IMG/VR virus record: IMGVR_UViG_3300028048_000079
Span: 32,001-96,000 of that record
Reading direction: 5' to 3' (one strand)
Origin: a virus
Taxonomy: Duplodnaviria > Caudoviricetes
DNA: 64,000 nucleotides
In this document: one piece after another, positions 20,292 through 31,100 of the stretch
Position numbering within the stretch: the stretch's first letter is position 1
How the letters are laid out: each line of letters opens with the position of its first letter
The notes under the pieces: model-generated
Seen by the model: the letters and a program-made list of their open reading frames with translations, nothing else
The model's database searches: none
What the model was told of the DNA's origin: nothing
Program-made: the position numbers and the translations under genes

Positions 20292-20528
20292 TTAGGCATT
20301 TTTGCACTCAATTCCACACACTTTCCTCAACTGAGGTGTCGGTGCGTCAATATTCTCCACAAAGCTGTCCAATGCTGTATTAGTAAATGTTGCTTCTGGC
20401 ACATCAGTATATGTGGCATCCTTCAAAGTTGGAATAGTTTTGAATTCACTTTCCTTAGCAATTTCTTTGCTAACTGCATGGGGTTCTGTATGTCCCCAAT
20501 CAAATGGATTAGATTTATTGTATTTCAT
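20292..20528 (-). CDS. Hypothetical protein
   Basis: 78 aa; third gene of a three-gene minus-strand unit. Confidence 0.55.
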   Translation of the reverse strand: MKYNKSNPFDWGHTEPHAVSKEIAKESEFKTIPTLKDATYTDVPEATFTNTALDSFVENIDAPTPQLRKVCGIECKNA

Positions 20529-20547
20529 TTTCTTTCAATTTTATATA

Positions 20548-20943
20548 TTAATAATTATGTAGATTTGCAATTTGTTCATTCAAATTCTCGAATTCTTCTT
20601 CGAAATTAATCTCGTCAAACTTCTCATCTGTATGTGCATTAATCTGTTCAACAGCGTTTGCTATGTCCTGTTTAGTTGCCAAATGGCACATACAACCTCC
20701 CGGCTCGTGGCTAATAATTTCATCTTTGGCCGTATCTATATGCTTATGCACTGAGCAGAACTTACAATCAATATTACCAAGTGAATCCTGAACAGCATCT
20801 TCAATAACCGTCTTAACTTTTTCTTCATCAATGTTAACAGTTATGTTATTGAACTTCTTATCAAGATAGCTTTCAATTACCCCGGTACGCCCTATATATG
20901 GAGTTTCATAATCATATTCATATGGTCTATATGTTCTTGGCAT
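20548..20943 (-). CDS. Hypothetical acidic helical protein
   Basis: 131 aa ORF. Confidence 0.55.
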   Translation of the reverse strand: MPRTYRPYEYDYETPYIGRTGVIESYLDKKFNNITVNIDEEKVKTVIEDAVQDSLGNIDCKFCSVHKHIDTAKDEIISHEPGGCMCHLATKQDIANAVEQINAHTDEKFDEINFEEEFENLNEQIANLHNY

Positions 20944-20966
20944 TTTCTTTGTTATTTAAATTTTAT

Positions 20967-21296
20967 TTACATATTTCTCACCTTGTCCCAAATGTTGTCA
21001 ATAACAGTACGGCTTGAGTCAATCTTAGTTTTAATTTCGGTTGCTCTTGTATCAACATCATTTATAACATAGTCACGTGCAGACGTGATTGCTGTTTTAA
21101 CCTCATCAATTGCACGGTTTGTTTCATTCGTAACATGACCTTGTGTTTCGGCATGCTTCTCGTCAATATGCTCTTCGATGTGTTCTCTCCACTCACGTGT
21201 TTCCTTTTTCCACTCACTCCACTTTTCTCTTGACTCTTCAGGAATTGTCATAGTGCGGCCACCATCATCATATCCGTAATCATTAAATATAATCAT
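20967..21296 (-). CDS. Hypothetical coiled-coil protein
   Basis: 109 aa ORF; TATTTAT box at 21318-21325. Confidence 0.55.
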   Translation of the reverse strand: MIIFNDYGYDDGGRTMTIPEESREKWSEWKKETREWREHIEEHIDEKHAETQGHVTNETNRAIDEVKTAITSARDYVINDVDTRATEIKTKIDSSRTVIDNIWDKVRNM

Positions 21297-21317
21297 CTTT
21301 TTACCTTTCTGTTTGCT

Positions 21318-21356
21318 ATAAATAGTTTGATTTTAGCAGTTGTTATACCTATTTAT
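21318..21356. promoter_or_regulatory. Back-to-back CTATTTAT boxes (putative late promoters)
   Basis: One box per strand, each facing a divergent gene; the same arrangement recurs at 28085-28106. Confidence 0.6.
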
Positions 21357-21375
21357 TAAATAAAGACATTTTTTT

Positions 21376-22569
21376 ATGGAAAACCTAAGAGAAAAAATAA
21401 AGGAGGCGTTGACCCAAGTACTTAAAGAGGGGCGTTTTGACAATACGGCAACACCATATAACTCTCATGGCGATGTTTCAAGAAGCCTTGGGCATAATCC
21501 ATTATATGCTGATAATGGTGGGCATGCAGCAAATGACACGGTTTCACAAGTGTCAACATATGATACAAACGGTCAGAACTTCAGAAGTTATGGAAATGAT
21601 ATTATCTTATCGGACAACAAATTCATAATATATAAAATAAAGAATTTCGGCAATGACCAAATAGAGTCTACTCTTAGTTTATTTGGGCGTGGTGCAGGTG
21701 CCGAAAAAGAACTTAGGCGTGCAATTGATACCATCAATGGTGCTGCCAATAGAAACGGACGTTCTGTTAAATACAGAACAATTACTTCTGTTTCATTCCA
21801 AAACACATCAAAACGTACAGGACAGATGTCAAAGACATTTTGGGAGTATAGTTTAGATAATGGGTCAAGTTGGTATATTCTTAAACCGAACCCCGTACAA
21901 TCAATGCAAGCCTCTAAACTTGTTATTAAAACAAATGAAAGCATTCAGAGATTAACTGAGGCACAAGATGAACATTTCTCATTAGAAAAATTATCATCTC
22001 TTCCGAATTTCAATCAGCGTCTTAAATATTGTAGACAGCATCTTGGAAAACATATTGGCAACGGCTCATCAAGAATAGTTTTCCAATTGGATGACCAAAA
22101 ATGCCTTAAACTTGCCAAAAATAATGCAGGCATAGCACAAAACAATTTGGAAAGTGATTATTACAAGCAATCACTTGAATGTTTTCCTAAAATATTTGAG
22201 CATGACTATGATAATGATACGTGGATTGTATGTGAATATGTATTACCGGCCAGACAAAAAGATTTCCAACATTGTTTGGGCATGAAATGGGAAAATTTCT
22301 TAACCTTTATGTCAAGATGCTATTCTGAATACAGTAGAAGGTCATCATACATTCCGAAAATGGATTATGAACAATTTCACAATCTTATTGAAAACAACGA
22401 ATGGTTTGCTGATGTATATGACTACATGAGTGGCTATCAGCCATTATTGGGCGATTTAACAAGAATTGCTAACTATGGTATGGTAAGACGTTATAATGAG
22501 GACATAATTGTTATACTTGACCACGGCCTATCAGAGGAAATATATGACGAATATTATAGAAGATATTAG
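21376..22569 (+). CDS. Two-domain protein with a C-terminal protein-kinase-like domain
   Basis: IGNGSSRIVF, CLKLAK, VCEYV, DLTRIANYG, ILDHG; leader ending VLKE and linker TNESIQRLTE. Confidence 0.6.
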   Translation: MENLREKIKEALTQVLKEGRFDNTATPYNSHGDVSRSLGHNPLYADNGGHAANDTVSQVSTYDTNGQNFRSYGNDIILSDNKFIIYKIKNFGNDQIESTLSLFGRGAGAEKELRRAIDTINGAANRNGRSVKYRTITSVSFQNTSKRTGQMSKTFWEYSLDNGSSWYILKPNPVQSMQASKLVIKTNESIQRLTEAQDEHFSLEKLSSLPNFNQRLKYCRQHLGKHIGNGSSRIVFQLDDQKCLKLAKNNAGIAQNNLESDYYKQSLECFPKIFEHDYDNDTWIVCEYVLPARQKDFQHCLGMKWENFLTFMSRCYSEYSRRSSYIPKMDYEQFHNLIENNEWFADVYDYMSGYQPLLGDLTRIANYGMVRRYNEDIIVILDHGLSEEIYDEYYRRY

Positions 22570-22676
22570 CAAAGAATGTTAAATTAACTTAACAGTCATT
22601 ATTTTTTCCTTAAAATATTTGGTTTATAAGAAAAAAATTAGTACCTTTGCCAACGAATTAAAAAAATGGCATAAAA

Positions 22677-22955
22677 ATGGTTTTTCTATTTATCGTAGTT
22701 GCTTATTTCCTTATCTGTGTAGCATTGGTTTTCTATGAAAACTATGTATATGAGAATAAAATGCCAAAGGAAACACTTATGGAAATAAATGCAAAAATTG
22801 AAATTTTTAAAAATTTAATTAGTAAAGAAACTAATTTAGTCAAGCAATCCTATCTGATGGACGAAAAGGAGTACTGGGAACATGAAAGAGACAAACTTCT
22901 AAATTATCAGAAGAAAACGGGCAAAATATATGAAATATCTAGGAAGCAAAAGTAG
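22677..22955 (+). CDS. Membrane-anchored hypothetical protein
   Basis: N-terminal hydrophobic helix; promoter at 22642. Confidence 0.55.
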   Translation: MVFLFIVVAYFLICVALVFYENYVYENKMPKETLMEINAKIEIFKNLISKETNLVKQSYLMDEKEYWEHERDKLLNYQKKTGKIYEISRKQK

Positions 22956-23664
22956 GATTGTTAATGATATCCTCCCCATTATGCTTTCAGAAATGGAAGG
23001 CAAAAGTGCATTTGTTGATGCATTCTGTGGTGGGTGTTCTGTTATCGAAAACGTTCCGTCACAATATAGGCGTATAGCAAATGACAATAATAAGTACCTG
23101 ATTGCTATGTGGAAATCGTTAACAAATGATAGATGCCGGAAGCCACCTATGAGGATTGAAAGGGATTTCTATTGTGATGTAAGAGATTCTTACAATAAAC
23201 ACGATGACCGTTATAGTGATGGTATTAAAGGATGGGTAGGATTCATGGGTTCGTTTAATGGACGTTACTTTGATGGTGGATATTCCGGCCACAATGTAAC
23301 CAGCACTAACGGTAAATCAAGAGATTATATTTCAGAAAATATAAATAATACATTAAAACAAATACCAAAACTTAAAAGCGTTGAATGGCAAAGTGGAAAT
23401 TATTGGGAAATGGAAATTCCTGACAACTCATTGATTTATTGTGACATTCCTTATAAGGATACTAAACAATACTCAACATCCAAGAATTTCGATTATGAAA
23501 AATTCTATGAGTGGTGCAAGGAAATGAAAAATAATGGGCACATCATATTTGTTTCAGAATATAATATGCCGGACGACTTTAAATGCATTTGGAGCAAACA
23601 AATCACCAATGCAATGCATCAAACTAACACCAAGAAGCCAATAGAAAAACTATTTACTCTTTAG
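22930..23664 (+). CDS. DNA adenine methyltransferase (Dam/D12 class)
   Basis: MKYLGSKSR, FVDAFCGGCSV, IYCDIPY, FVSEY. Confidence 0.88.
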   Translation: MKYLGSKSRIVNDILPIMLSEMEGKSAFVDAFCGGCSVIENVPSQYRRIANDNNKYLIAMWKSLTNDRCRKPPMRIERDFYCDVRDSYNKHDDRYSDGIKGWVGFMGSFNGRYFDGGYSGHNVTSTNGKSRDYISENINNTLKQIPKLKSVEWQSGNYWEMEIPDNSLIYCDIPYKDTKQYSTSKNFDYEKFYEWCKEMKNNGHIIFVSEYNMPDDFKCIWSKQITNAMHQTNTKKPIEKLFTL

Positions 23665-23819
23665 TTAGCGGTTCGGCAACTGCAAGTTCTGAATACAATG
23701 TATGGCCTGACTGATAAGGATAAGGTTGCGTAAAATCCTCTTCGAAACCATACTCATAATATGTTACGAAATATTCTCTTTCTCCGTTCATGACAAAAAT
23801 TATTTAACTACTTATAAAT

Positions 23820-24422
23820 ATGGATAAACTAAAAATAAGATTAAAAGCAACAGGTAAAATTGATTACTGCTATGAAAAATTGGAGCAGGATGGTTTTATT
23901 GAAAAATTTGGCCGACAAATGCCAAATTACAAGCACACTTATTTTAAAGATGAAGAAGCAAAAATACCTATGTACAGAGATGACTTTGACATCATACCAT
24001 GGGAACCGTTTGAATTATTTGGTGTTGAATGTGGGGAAGGGTGGTATGAACTCCTGAAGCCAATATTCAAATATGTTGAAGAATACAATAAAGATAAGGC
24101 AGAAGACAAACGCATGGAAATCTGCCAAATAAAGGAAAAATGGGGGTGGCTATGTGTATATCTTAATTTTTACACACCTGAAGTTAATAAAATTATCAAT
24201 ACAGCAGAAAAAGAAGCAAGCCAAACTTGTGAACTTTGCGGAAGCAAAAAAGATGTTGGTATGACATGTGAGGGTTGGATAACAACTGAATGTCATGATT
24301 GTATGAAGAAGTGGTGCCAGAAGAATGAGAAACCACACCGTTGGAAGAGAAATAGTGACGGTAAAATTTATTGGGTTCACCCAGATAAGGAAGACGAATT
24401 ATTTGAAGGAACTGAATTGTAA
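23820..24422 (+). CDS. Conserved-looking phage protein with QIKEK.G.L and CxxC motifs
   Basis: ECGEGWYELL, QIKEKWGWL, TCELCG...CHDC. Confidence 0.6.
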   Translation: MDKLKIRLKATGKIDYCYEKLEQDGFIEKFGRQMPNYKHTYFKDEEAKIPMYRDDFDIIPWEPFELFGVECGEGWYELLKPIFKYVEEYNKDKAEDKRMEICQIKEKWGWLCVYLNFYTPEVNKIINTAEKEASQTCELCGSKKDVGMTCEGWITTECHDCMKKWCQKNEKPHRWKRNSDGKIYWVHPDKEDELFEGTEL

Positions 24423-24428
24423 AAAAAA

Positions 24429-24776
24429 ATGAAATTCTTATTAAGGGCAATTTGGAATTTTTTCATAGGGTATCGAAATGGGTTTGTCCCAAAAACCCTA
24501 TATGAGCATATACCCCAATATCCTGTTAAATTTTGGTGCAGTCCACTATGGATAAACATTAAGAGTAATAATGACTTTGCACTGGTATTCGTCGATGATA
24601 GAAGTGGCACTGAAATTACTTCTGAAATCTATTGGGGTATGTATAAAACATACTTAAAGGATAAGGAAAAATGGTATCAGAAACAATTTGAGGAAAATCA
24701 TACAAAGAAAGAAAAACGTTTCCTTAAAATACATTATTGGTTAAATAACATGGATAAATTACATGACTTGACCTAA
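24429..24776 (+). CDS. Hypothetical protein
   Basis: 115 aa ORF in an operon. Confidence 0.5.
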   Translation: MKFLLRAIWNFFIGYRNGFVPKTLYEHIPQYPVKFWCSPLWINIKSNNDFALVFVDDRSGTEITSEIYWGMYKTYLKDKEKWYQKQFEENHTKKEKRFLKIHYWLNNMDKLHDLT

Positions 24777-24904
24777 ATCAATTTATTGATGAGTTTGTGT
24801 AAAAAATACCATTATTTATTTTGATATGATATTTATAATCAGTATATTTGCAAACGATAAAAAAAAAATAATTAACATAAATAACAATTTAAAATTTAGA
24901 AACA

Positions 24905-25075
24905 ATGCGTAAATTAGTATTAGTTTTCACGGTGCTTGCTTCAATGGCATTTGCATCTTGCGGTAATTCAACAAAGGGTACAGAGAACGATTCAACTAAG
25001 GTTGATACTGTAGTAGTTGACTCAATTGACAGCGTAGCTGCTGATTCAGTTCCTGTTGATTCAGTTGCCGTTTAA
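24905..25075 (+). CDS. Small lipoprotein (56 aa) rich in Bacteroidota O-glycosylation sequons
   Basis: Below the track cut-off. MRKLVLVFTVLASMAFASCGNSTKGTENDSTKVDTVVVDSIDSVAADSVPVDSVAV; lipobox FASC; promoter at 24843. Confidence 0.8.
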   Translation: MRKLVLVFTVLASMAFASCGNSTKGTENDSTKVDTVVVDSIDSVAADSVPVDSVAV

Positions 25076-25183
25076 GCCTCACAGAAAGAAATTAGAGACT
25101 TTTGAATAAAAATTAACGAGATTTCTTTGGAAGTCTCGTTTTTTTGTAGTATATTTGCAAATGATAAATATAATTTTTTTTTT

Positions 25184-25555
25184 ATGAAACAAATTTTAAT
25201 TTCAGAACTTAAAGTTGGAGATAAACTATACCGTATCAGTAATACCGACGGTAAACTTCTAACCTATACTGTCAAGAATATAGAAAATTCTTGGTATTCA
25301 CTATCTAATGAAACAGGATATATATGTGCCAACATTCACTGTATTGACACAAGTAAAAACAACCTTAATGGAGTTTTCTATACTCACCCATTTATGGCTG
25401 TATGGATGGCAGTACGTAAAATACGTGATGAACAGCATAGACTTGAACAAAAACGTAAACAGATTATTAAAGCAAATAATGTAAAGGTTAAAATAGGATA
25501 TAGTTCTTCAGATGAACACTGGTGGACTAAAATAATAAACATTTTTAAAAAGTAA
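25184..25555 (+). CDS. Hypothetical protein
   Basis: Start refined to ATG 25184, after the promoter at 25150. Confidence 0.55.
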   Translation: MKQILISELKVGDKLYRISNTDGKLLTYTVKNIENSWYSLSNETGYICANIHCIDTSKNNLNGVFYTHPFMAVWMAVRKIRDEQHRLEQKRKQIIKANNVKVKIGYSSSDEHWWTKIINIFKK

Positions 25556-25561
25556 AATATT

Positions 25562-25804
25562 ATGGGTTTATTTAAAAAGAAAAAAACAGAAGATGTAAGC
25601 GCTTGCGAATTTTCGGAAGTTATGGAAGGTGCAATGAATATTCAAGGTAAAGCCTTGGTTAATCAGACAGAACTATCAGTTGCATATCAAGCATATACAA
25701 TGTTCAGGTGGCATGACGGTTTTGGCCATGATGAATCACTTAATCAGGCTGCTATTGTTGTTATTGGTTTGGAAAAGGAAATCGAAAAACTAAAAACAGA
25801 GTAA
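25562..25804 (+). CDS. Hypothetical protein
   Basis: 80 aa ORF in an operon. Confidence 0.55.
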   Translation: MGLFKKKKTEDVSACEFSEVMEGAMNIQGKALVNQTELSVAYQAYTMFRWHDGFGHDESLNQAAIVVIGLEKEIEKLKTE

Positions 25805-25805
25805 A

Positions 25806-26123
25806 ATGACAAAAAGTGATATAGTTAGTTACAATATTGGAGCAATCGAAACAATAAAGGATTTTGTGGATTTTTGGTCTCAATACTATGGTTTAGACTA
25901 TCAGTGGAAAACAGATGATGGTGAGAAAAGTCTGATGGTTTGGATTGATTTCAAGGCTCTTGAGTCCTTTACAAAACTTTTCTCGTCAGATACAATTAAC
26001 GAAAACTATCAAGATTTCGAATGTATATTGCGTGCAAAAGATATAGTTTTTCCTAATTTCGAGAATATCCTACCATATTGCGATATTGACGAAAATGATA
26101 TACAAGAATTATTTCCCTTTTGA
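25806..26123 (+). CDS. Hypothetical protein
   Basis: 105 aa ORF in an operon. Confidence 0.55.
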   Translation: MTKSDIVSYNIGAIETIKDFVDFWSQYYGLDYQWKTDDGEKSLMVWIDFKALESFTKLFSSDTINENYQDFECILRAKDIVFPNFENILPYCDIDENDIQELFPF

Positions 26124-26400
26124 CATTTATCAATAATATGGCTATTTTTAGCCATATTTTTTGTTTTTATTTGTTTATTTCAAGAATAATTTGTACCTTT
26201 GCATTGTCAAAACAGATAAGCCACCTCACAGTGGTTTTTTAAAAACTGAAAATTGTGCACGTGCACAAGTTATTGATATATATCAAAAAATATATGAAAT
26301 GTGACATTTAAGAAGACTTATTTGATGAGAAAGTGTATAAAATACGTTATTTAATAATAAATGAAAAGTAAATAAAAATTTTTAAAGAAAGGGAAAAAAC

Positions 26401-26772
26401 ATGAAGAAAGTTTTATTTATCGTAATGTTTATGTGCACAGTTATTTGTGCAAATGCTGAGAATGAGGGAATGAATGCTGTTAATGAGGTGGCTCGTTATG
26501 AGCTTAGAATAGCAAACTACAACAGTTTATGTAGCACTCTTGAACTTACAAAAGACCAAATTGATAGTGTGAAAGAGATTATTAGTGAATATGAACGTAA
26601 TGTAGAATTTTCAATTCTTGGCTATACTGGTGAGACAAGAAAGACTTTACTTAAGAATAGCATAGATAAGCATATAATGTATATGTCCTATGTTCTTACT
26701 AAGGAGCAGTACAAGAAGTATCTCATGTTGTTTAACTTGACAATGCGTAATCGTGGAGTTGAGGCAAAATAA
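26401..26772 (+). CDS. Secreted/periplasmic helical protein
   Basis: Signal peptide MKKVLFIVMFMCTVICANA; LELTKDQ and VLTKEQYKKY repeats. Confidence 0.65.
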   Translation: MKKVLFIVMFMCTVICANAENEGMNAVNEVARYELRIANYNSLCSTLELTKDQIDSVKEIISEYERNVEFSILGYTGETRKTLLKNSIDKHIMYMSYVLTKEQYKKYLMLFNLTMRNRGVEAK

Positions 26773-26836
26773 TAAGTAAAGTCACAATAGGTCGGAATGT
26801 TAAAAGGTGAGGATTAAACGTCCCCACCTTTGTTTT

Positions 26837-28060
26837 TTAGTCCATGCCTAACTTTCTTCTGAATTTGATAATATAACTTTCAAGATATGTATTAGCCATC
26901 TCTAAGTATTCACCACCGTATTTTTCCCAAATTGGTGTGTATAAAGTATCACCTTCAGTATGTTCAACAAACTTCAAGAATGCCTCACCATTAAATACTT
27001 CTTTTGCTTCCGGTGATTTCCTTTTGATTGTACCAATGATACTAAACTCCTTATAAACTTGATTATAAGCCTTTTTGAATAATGTTATATTCTTCTTGTA
27101 GATTTTTGGCTTCTGTTGTTCTGCATACAAATCAGCACCCATCTTGTCGTAGTAGGCTTGACGGTCAAGGCCATTATACGAATAACTATCCTCATTTATT
27201 GACTTCTTCCAAGAAGATAATGTTTCAGCAATTGCTTTGTCTATACTTTCAGAAACACCACGTCGTTCAGCTTCATACTTATCATTCATTAGTTTCTGTA
27301 CGGTATTAACGATTTCCTGTGCCTTTTCCTTTATTCTCTGTTTAGCACTAAGAAGTCTTGCATCAACCTTAATTGGCTGTGAATTATACAAACTGCTTAA
27401 CTGTTTATATACATAAGTCAATTTTTCAACATTGCCTTCAGCAATTGCTTTATCAGCATTATTGAATAAAGGCTTGGCATATTGATTAATCCATCTATTA
27501 GCAAACTCATTGTTGGAAGCATTATGTTCAGCGTCAATATGCTGTGTTTCATCAATGCTTTCATTATTCTTCTGCATCATTCTTTGTTTACGTCTTTCTT
27601 CTGCCGCCTTTTTTGCTGCCGCATAAGCAGGATTTCTTTCTTCAGGACTTCTGCCAAAACCTGTTCTCAAACATTCACGATTAATTTCAGCTTCTTCTGG
27701 TGTGTAGCCTGTAAGCTTATCAACAATGCCTTCACCAAGCAATTCTTCTTTTAATTGGCTGTGTGCAATCTCTATTGCTTTATTTAACGTTGGTCTGAGT
27801 TCTTCTCTATCAACATTAAATTCATGTGCAAAAGCATCAAGAGTTTCTTCATAGTCATTACGATTACTGAAATCTGTTATTGCTTCAGGTGAAACAGCAT
27901 CAATACCTCCCCAATCCTCATAGACTTCATCCATCCATGACTTAATTCTTGGAACCATTATACTGATATAATGCTGTTCTTCAGAAGGTACACCAAAAGA
28001 CTCCTTCAAAACAGATTTTACCGCTTTTGCAATAATTTTATCATCTATATTTTTAGCCAT
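26837..28060 (-). CDS. Multi-segment late/virion-internal protein
   Basis: Start refined to MAKNIDD; leader ending VLKES; linkers VSESIDKAIAE and SINED; TATTTAT box at 28085-28092. Confidence 0.6.
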   Translation of the reverse strand: MAKNIDDKIIAKAVKSVLKESFGVPSEEQHYISIMVPRIKSWMDEVYEDWGGIDAVSPEAITDFSNRNDYEETLDAFAHEFNVDREELRPTLNKAIEIAHSQLKEELLGEGIVDKLTGYTPEEAEINRECLRTGFGRSPEERNPAYAAAKKAAEERRKQRMMQKNNESIDETQHIDAEHNASNNEFANRWINQYAKPLFNNADKAIAEGNVEKLTYVYKQLSSLYNSQPIKVDARLLSAKQRIKEKAQEIVNTVQKLMNDKYEAERRGVSESIDKAIAETLSSWKKSINEDSYSYNGLDRQAYYDKMGADLYAEQQKPKIYKKNITLFKKAYNQVYKEFSIIGTIKRKSPEAKEVFNGEAFLKFVEHTEGDTLYTPIWEKYGGEYLEMANTYLESYIIKFRRKLGMD

Positions 28061-28128
28061 TGCAATGTATATTCGAATATAATAATAAATAGTCCACAAT
28101 ATTTATTTGTAAGGTTTTTAGACAAATA

Positions 28129-31100
28129 ATGAACTCGGAAAATTTAGGAACAATATACTCAGAAAATTTCAAAAAATGGTTCGGAGATTGGGAGAATGAC
28201 CCACAGAATGCATCAAAAGTTGTAGACTCAAATGGTATGCCACTTCCGGTATATCATGGAACTGTATGCAAAGGTAAAGACGGTTTACCATTTAAGAAAT
28301 TCAAAACTGAAAGCAACGCAGGTGATGGTGTAATGTTTGCTGATAACTATTCAGTTGCATCATTCTTTGGCGGGCATGGCCAAGCACGTTTCGGTAATTT
28401 TGAAGAAAAGTTTGCACAGTGGCCGCACAAAGATAGTATGGATGGGCTTGTGGAGTTTCTTAATAACGTTCTTAAAAATGGAAAATATTCAATACGTAAC
28501 TTTAATGGGGTTTATAACGGAGAGCCTTATGAATTTTATAGATTGGAATGTGAATATTATGGCGGTGGTAGTGGTTCTACTCCGCTTGGTGACACTGAGG
28601 AAGAAGCACTTGAGACATTAAGACATGAAGTTGAAAAAGAAATAAGATATATGGAAAGAAACTCCAAACAAGGTTATACCGGTGGAGTATATAATGTTTA
28701 TCTTAATATTAGAAACCCATATATATTTGATGCACAAGGGTCACAATTCCATATGCTTAGGACACAGTTTCACCAAAAACGTTTAACTGTATTTGAATTA
28801 GTTTACTTTGTTAAGCAAACCGGAAAATACGATGGTGTTATTGTCAAAAACGTTAGGGAAACAACAATGGGTAATGGCATACTTACAACAGACTATATTG
28901 TTTTTAAACCAAATCAAATTAAGCATGCATTAGATAATAACGGTAATTATGGTTTAGATACTGATGATATGACAGAAGCAAAAATACGTGAAGCAATTAA
29001 AGAAGTATTAACAGAAGCACTCATCACTGAAGGTGTTGAAACTAAAAATATGAAACTTGCCAAACATTATCTTTATCAGAAGAAAGGATTTAATGAGCAG
29101 CAAGCCATGCAATGTATTGGCCAAATTAAAACTGATATACCAAATTCAAGACTTGGTAAATGCAAATTCATGCTTGCAATGGTAAGAATGTTCTGCGATG
29201 GTGATTTCACTGATGGAGCAACTATAATGAAAATCAATAAAAGCCTTAAATTTGCAGCATCCGATGCACATATAAATGAGTATAACAATGACTTGAATGG
29301 TTTATCCGCACAACAGTTAATTGATAAATTTGCTGTTTCAGCCCAACAAGATTTAGACCAAGATAGAAATGATGTCTCATCACAAGAATATAATGAAAGT
29401 AATAACCACTATGAAATCGTAAAGATAACCTCATTTGAAGAGGCAGAAGAGTATGGTGATTATGTATCTTGGTGCGTAACTCATTATGATGACATGTACG
29501 ACTCATATACAAGTAACGGCAATGGCGTATTCTATTTCTGTTTAAGAGATGGATGGCAAAACGAACCTGAAGAACCCGGTGAAGGCTGTCCTCTTGATAG
29601 TTATGGTTTGTCTATGATTGCTGTATCTGTTAATAGTGATGGCTCATGTAATACAATAACATGCAGATGGAACCACGATAATGGAGGAAATGACAATATC
29701 ATGACAACAAAACAGTTATCAGAAGTAATTGGAAGAAACTTCTATGATGTTTTCAAACCGCTTACATTGGAAGAGATACAAGAAAACCAAAAACGCATCC
29801 TTATGGATATTGCTGATGAAGTAAGCACTATTGACATTGAGTATGATGCTGAGAAACTTGAATTTGACCCGGACTATGGTGATACCATAGAGGCTGATGT
29901 ATATGTATATAAGTCAGAAAAAGATGCAAGTGTCATAATTGGTGAAGAAGGAGAATTTATAATTGATATGGTATTTGACTCTGTTAATTATAGAGTTGGG
30001 GATACAATGACCGTATATCTTGGCAAAAAGTCCAATTTTGTAACATTATATTATTCAGAAGGATATATTGTAAAAGGAAAACTTGTTAGTGATACATGGT
30101 TTGACCAAGCCCATAATGAGTTCAATGACGGTTATGGAATGGTTCGTCTAAATAACAAATGGAACTTAATTGATAAAAATGGGCAATACTTATTGAAAGA
30201 TTGGCATGATGCTATTGGCAGAAGACGTTTGAAAGATAGTTACATTGAAGTTGTAGATAATGGAAAAACGAATTTCATTAATATGGAAACCAATGAATAT
30301 TTGTTTGACAGACCTGTAGCTTATATATTCTTTGCCGATGATTATGGTACTTTCATAAGGTTGGAAGGTAATGACTATATACAAGTTTATGACCCCAAAA
30401 CCCTTAAATTAAGAGCACCTTGGAAAATACAACGGTTGTTAGGATATTGTTATTCATCTTTCTATTGTGTAGAATTAACAAATGATGAACAATATCTAAT
30501 TGATAACAAAGGCAATTTATATGGCTATATCAGTAAAGAACTTGCATATCAAAACCCAATGATTAACACTTCTGAAAATGAAAGCATTTCAAGAAACTAT
30601 ATTGATGAAGTAAGGTATATTGATGCACGTGATGAGAAATATAATGGAGCAGTCCACAAAAAGCATTGGACTGAGATATATAACCAAGAGCCGATAACAG
30701 ATGATAGCAGAATACGTGTGTTTCACGGATGTGAGTTGAAGACTGCTTGTAATATAGCTATTAACGGTACGTCAGGAAAAACATACCATACAAGGCAATA
30801 TTCTTATGAAGCCGGTATGAACCCATTAGGAATATTCGTAACAACAGATTTTGAAACTGCAAAGAAATTCGGTGTATCTAATTCCGGTATGGCAATTATT
30901 GAATTTACTGCCAAAGGTTCTGATTTGGAAACCCCTGTATGGAATGGCCAAGGTTCATATTTTGGACAAGGTAGTAATCCTATGCCATTTAGTAATAGTG
31001 ATGAAAGAGATGCACAGAAAATGCAATACAGACAGAATGCACTAAATACTCCCGATGATTATTACTATGATGATAAACATCAAAAACGTGACATCTCTAT

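Noticed and set aside
26253-26268. Third parS site
   Set aside because: It shares only the CACGTG core; the arms differ from the TGTT(T/C)...(G/A)AACA consensus.
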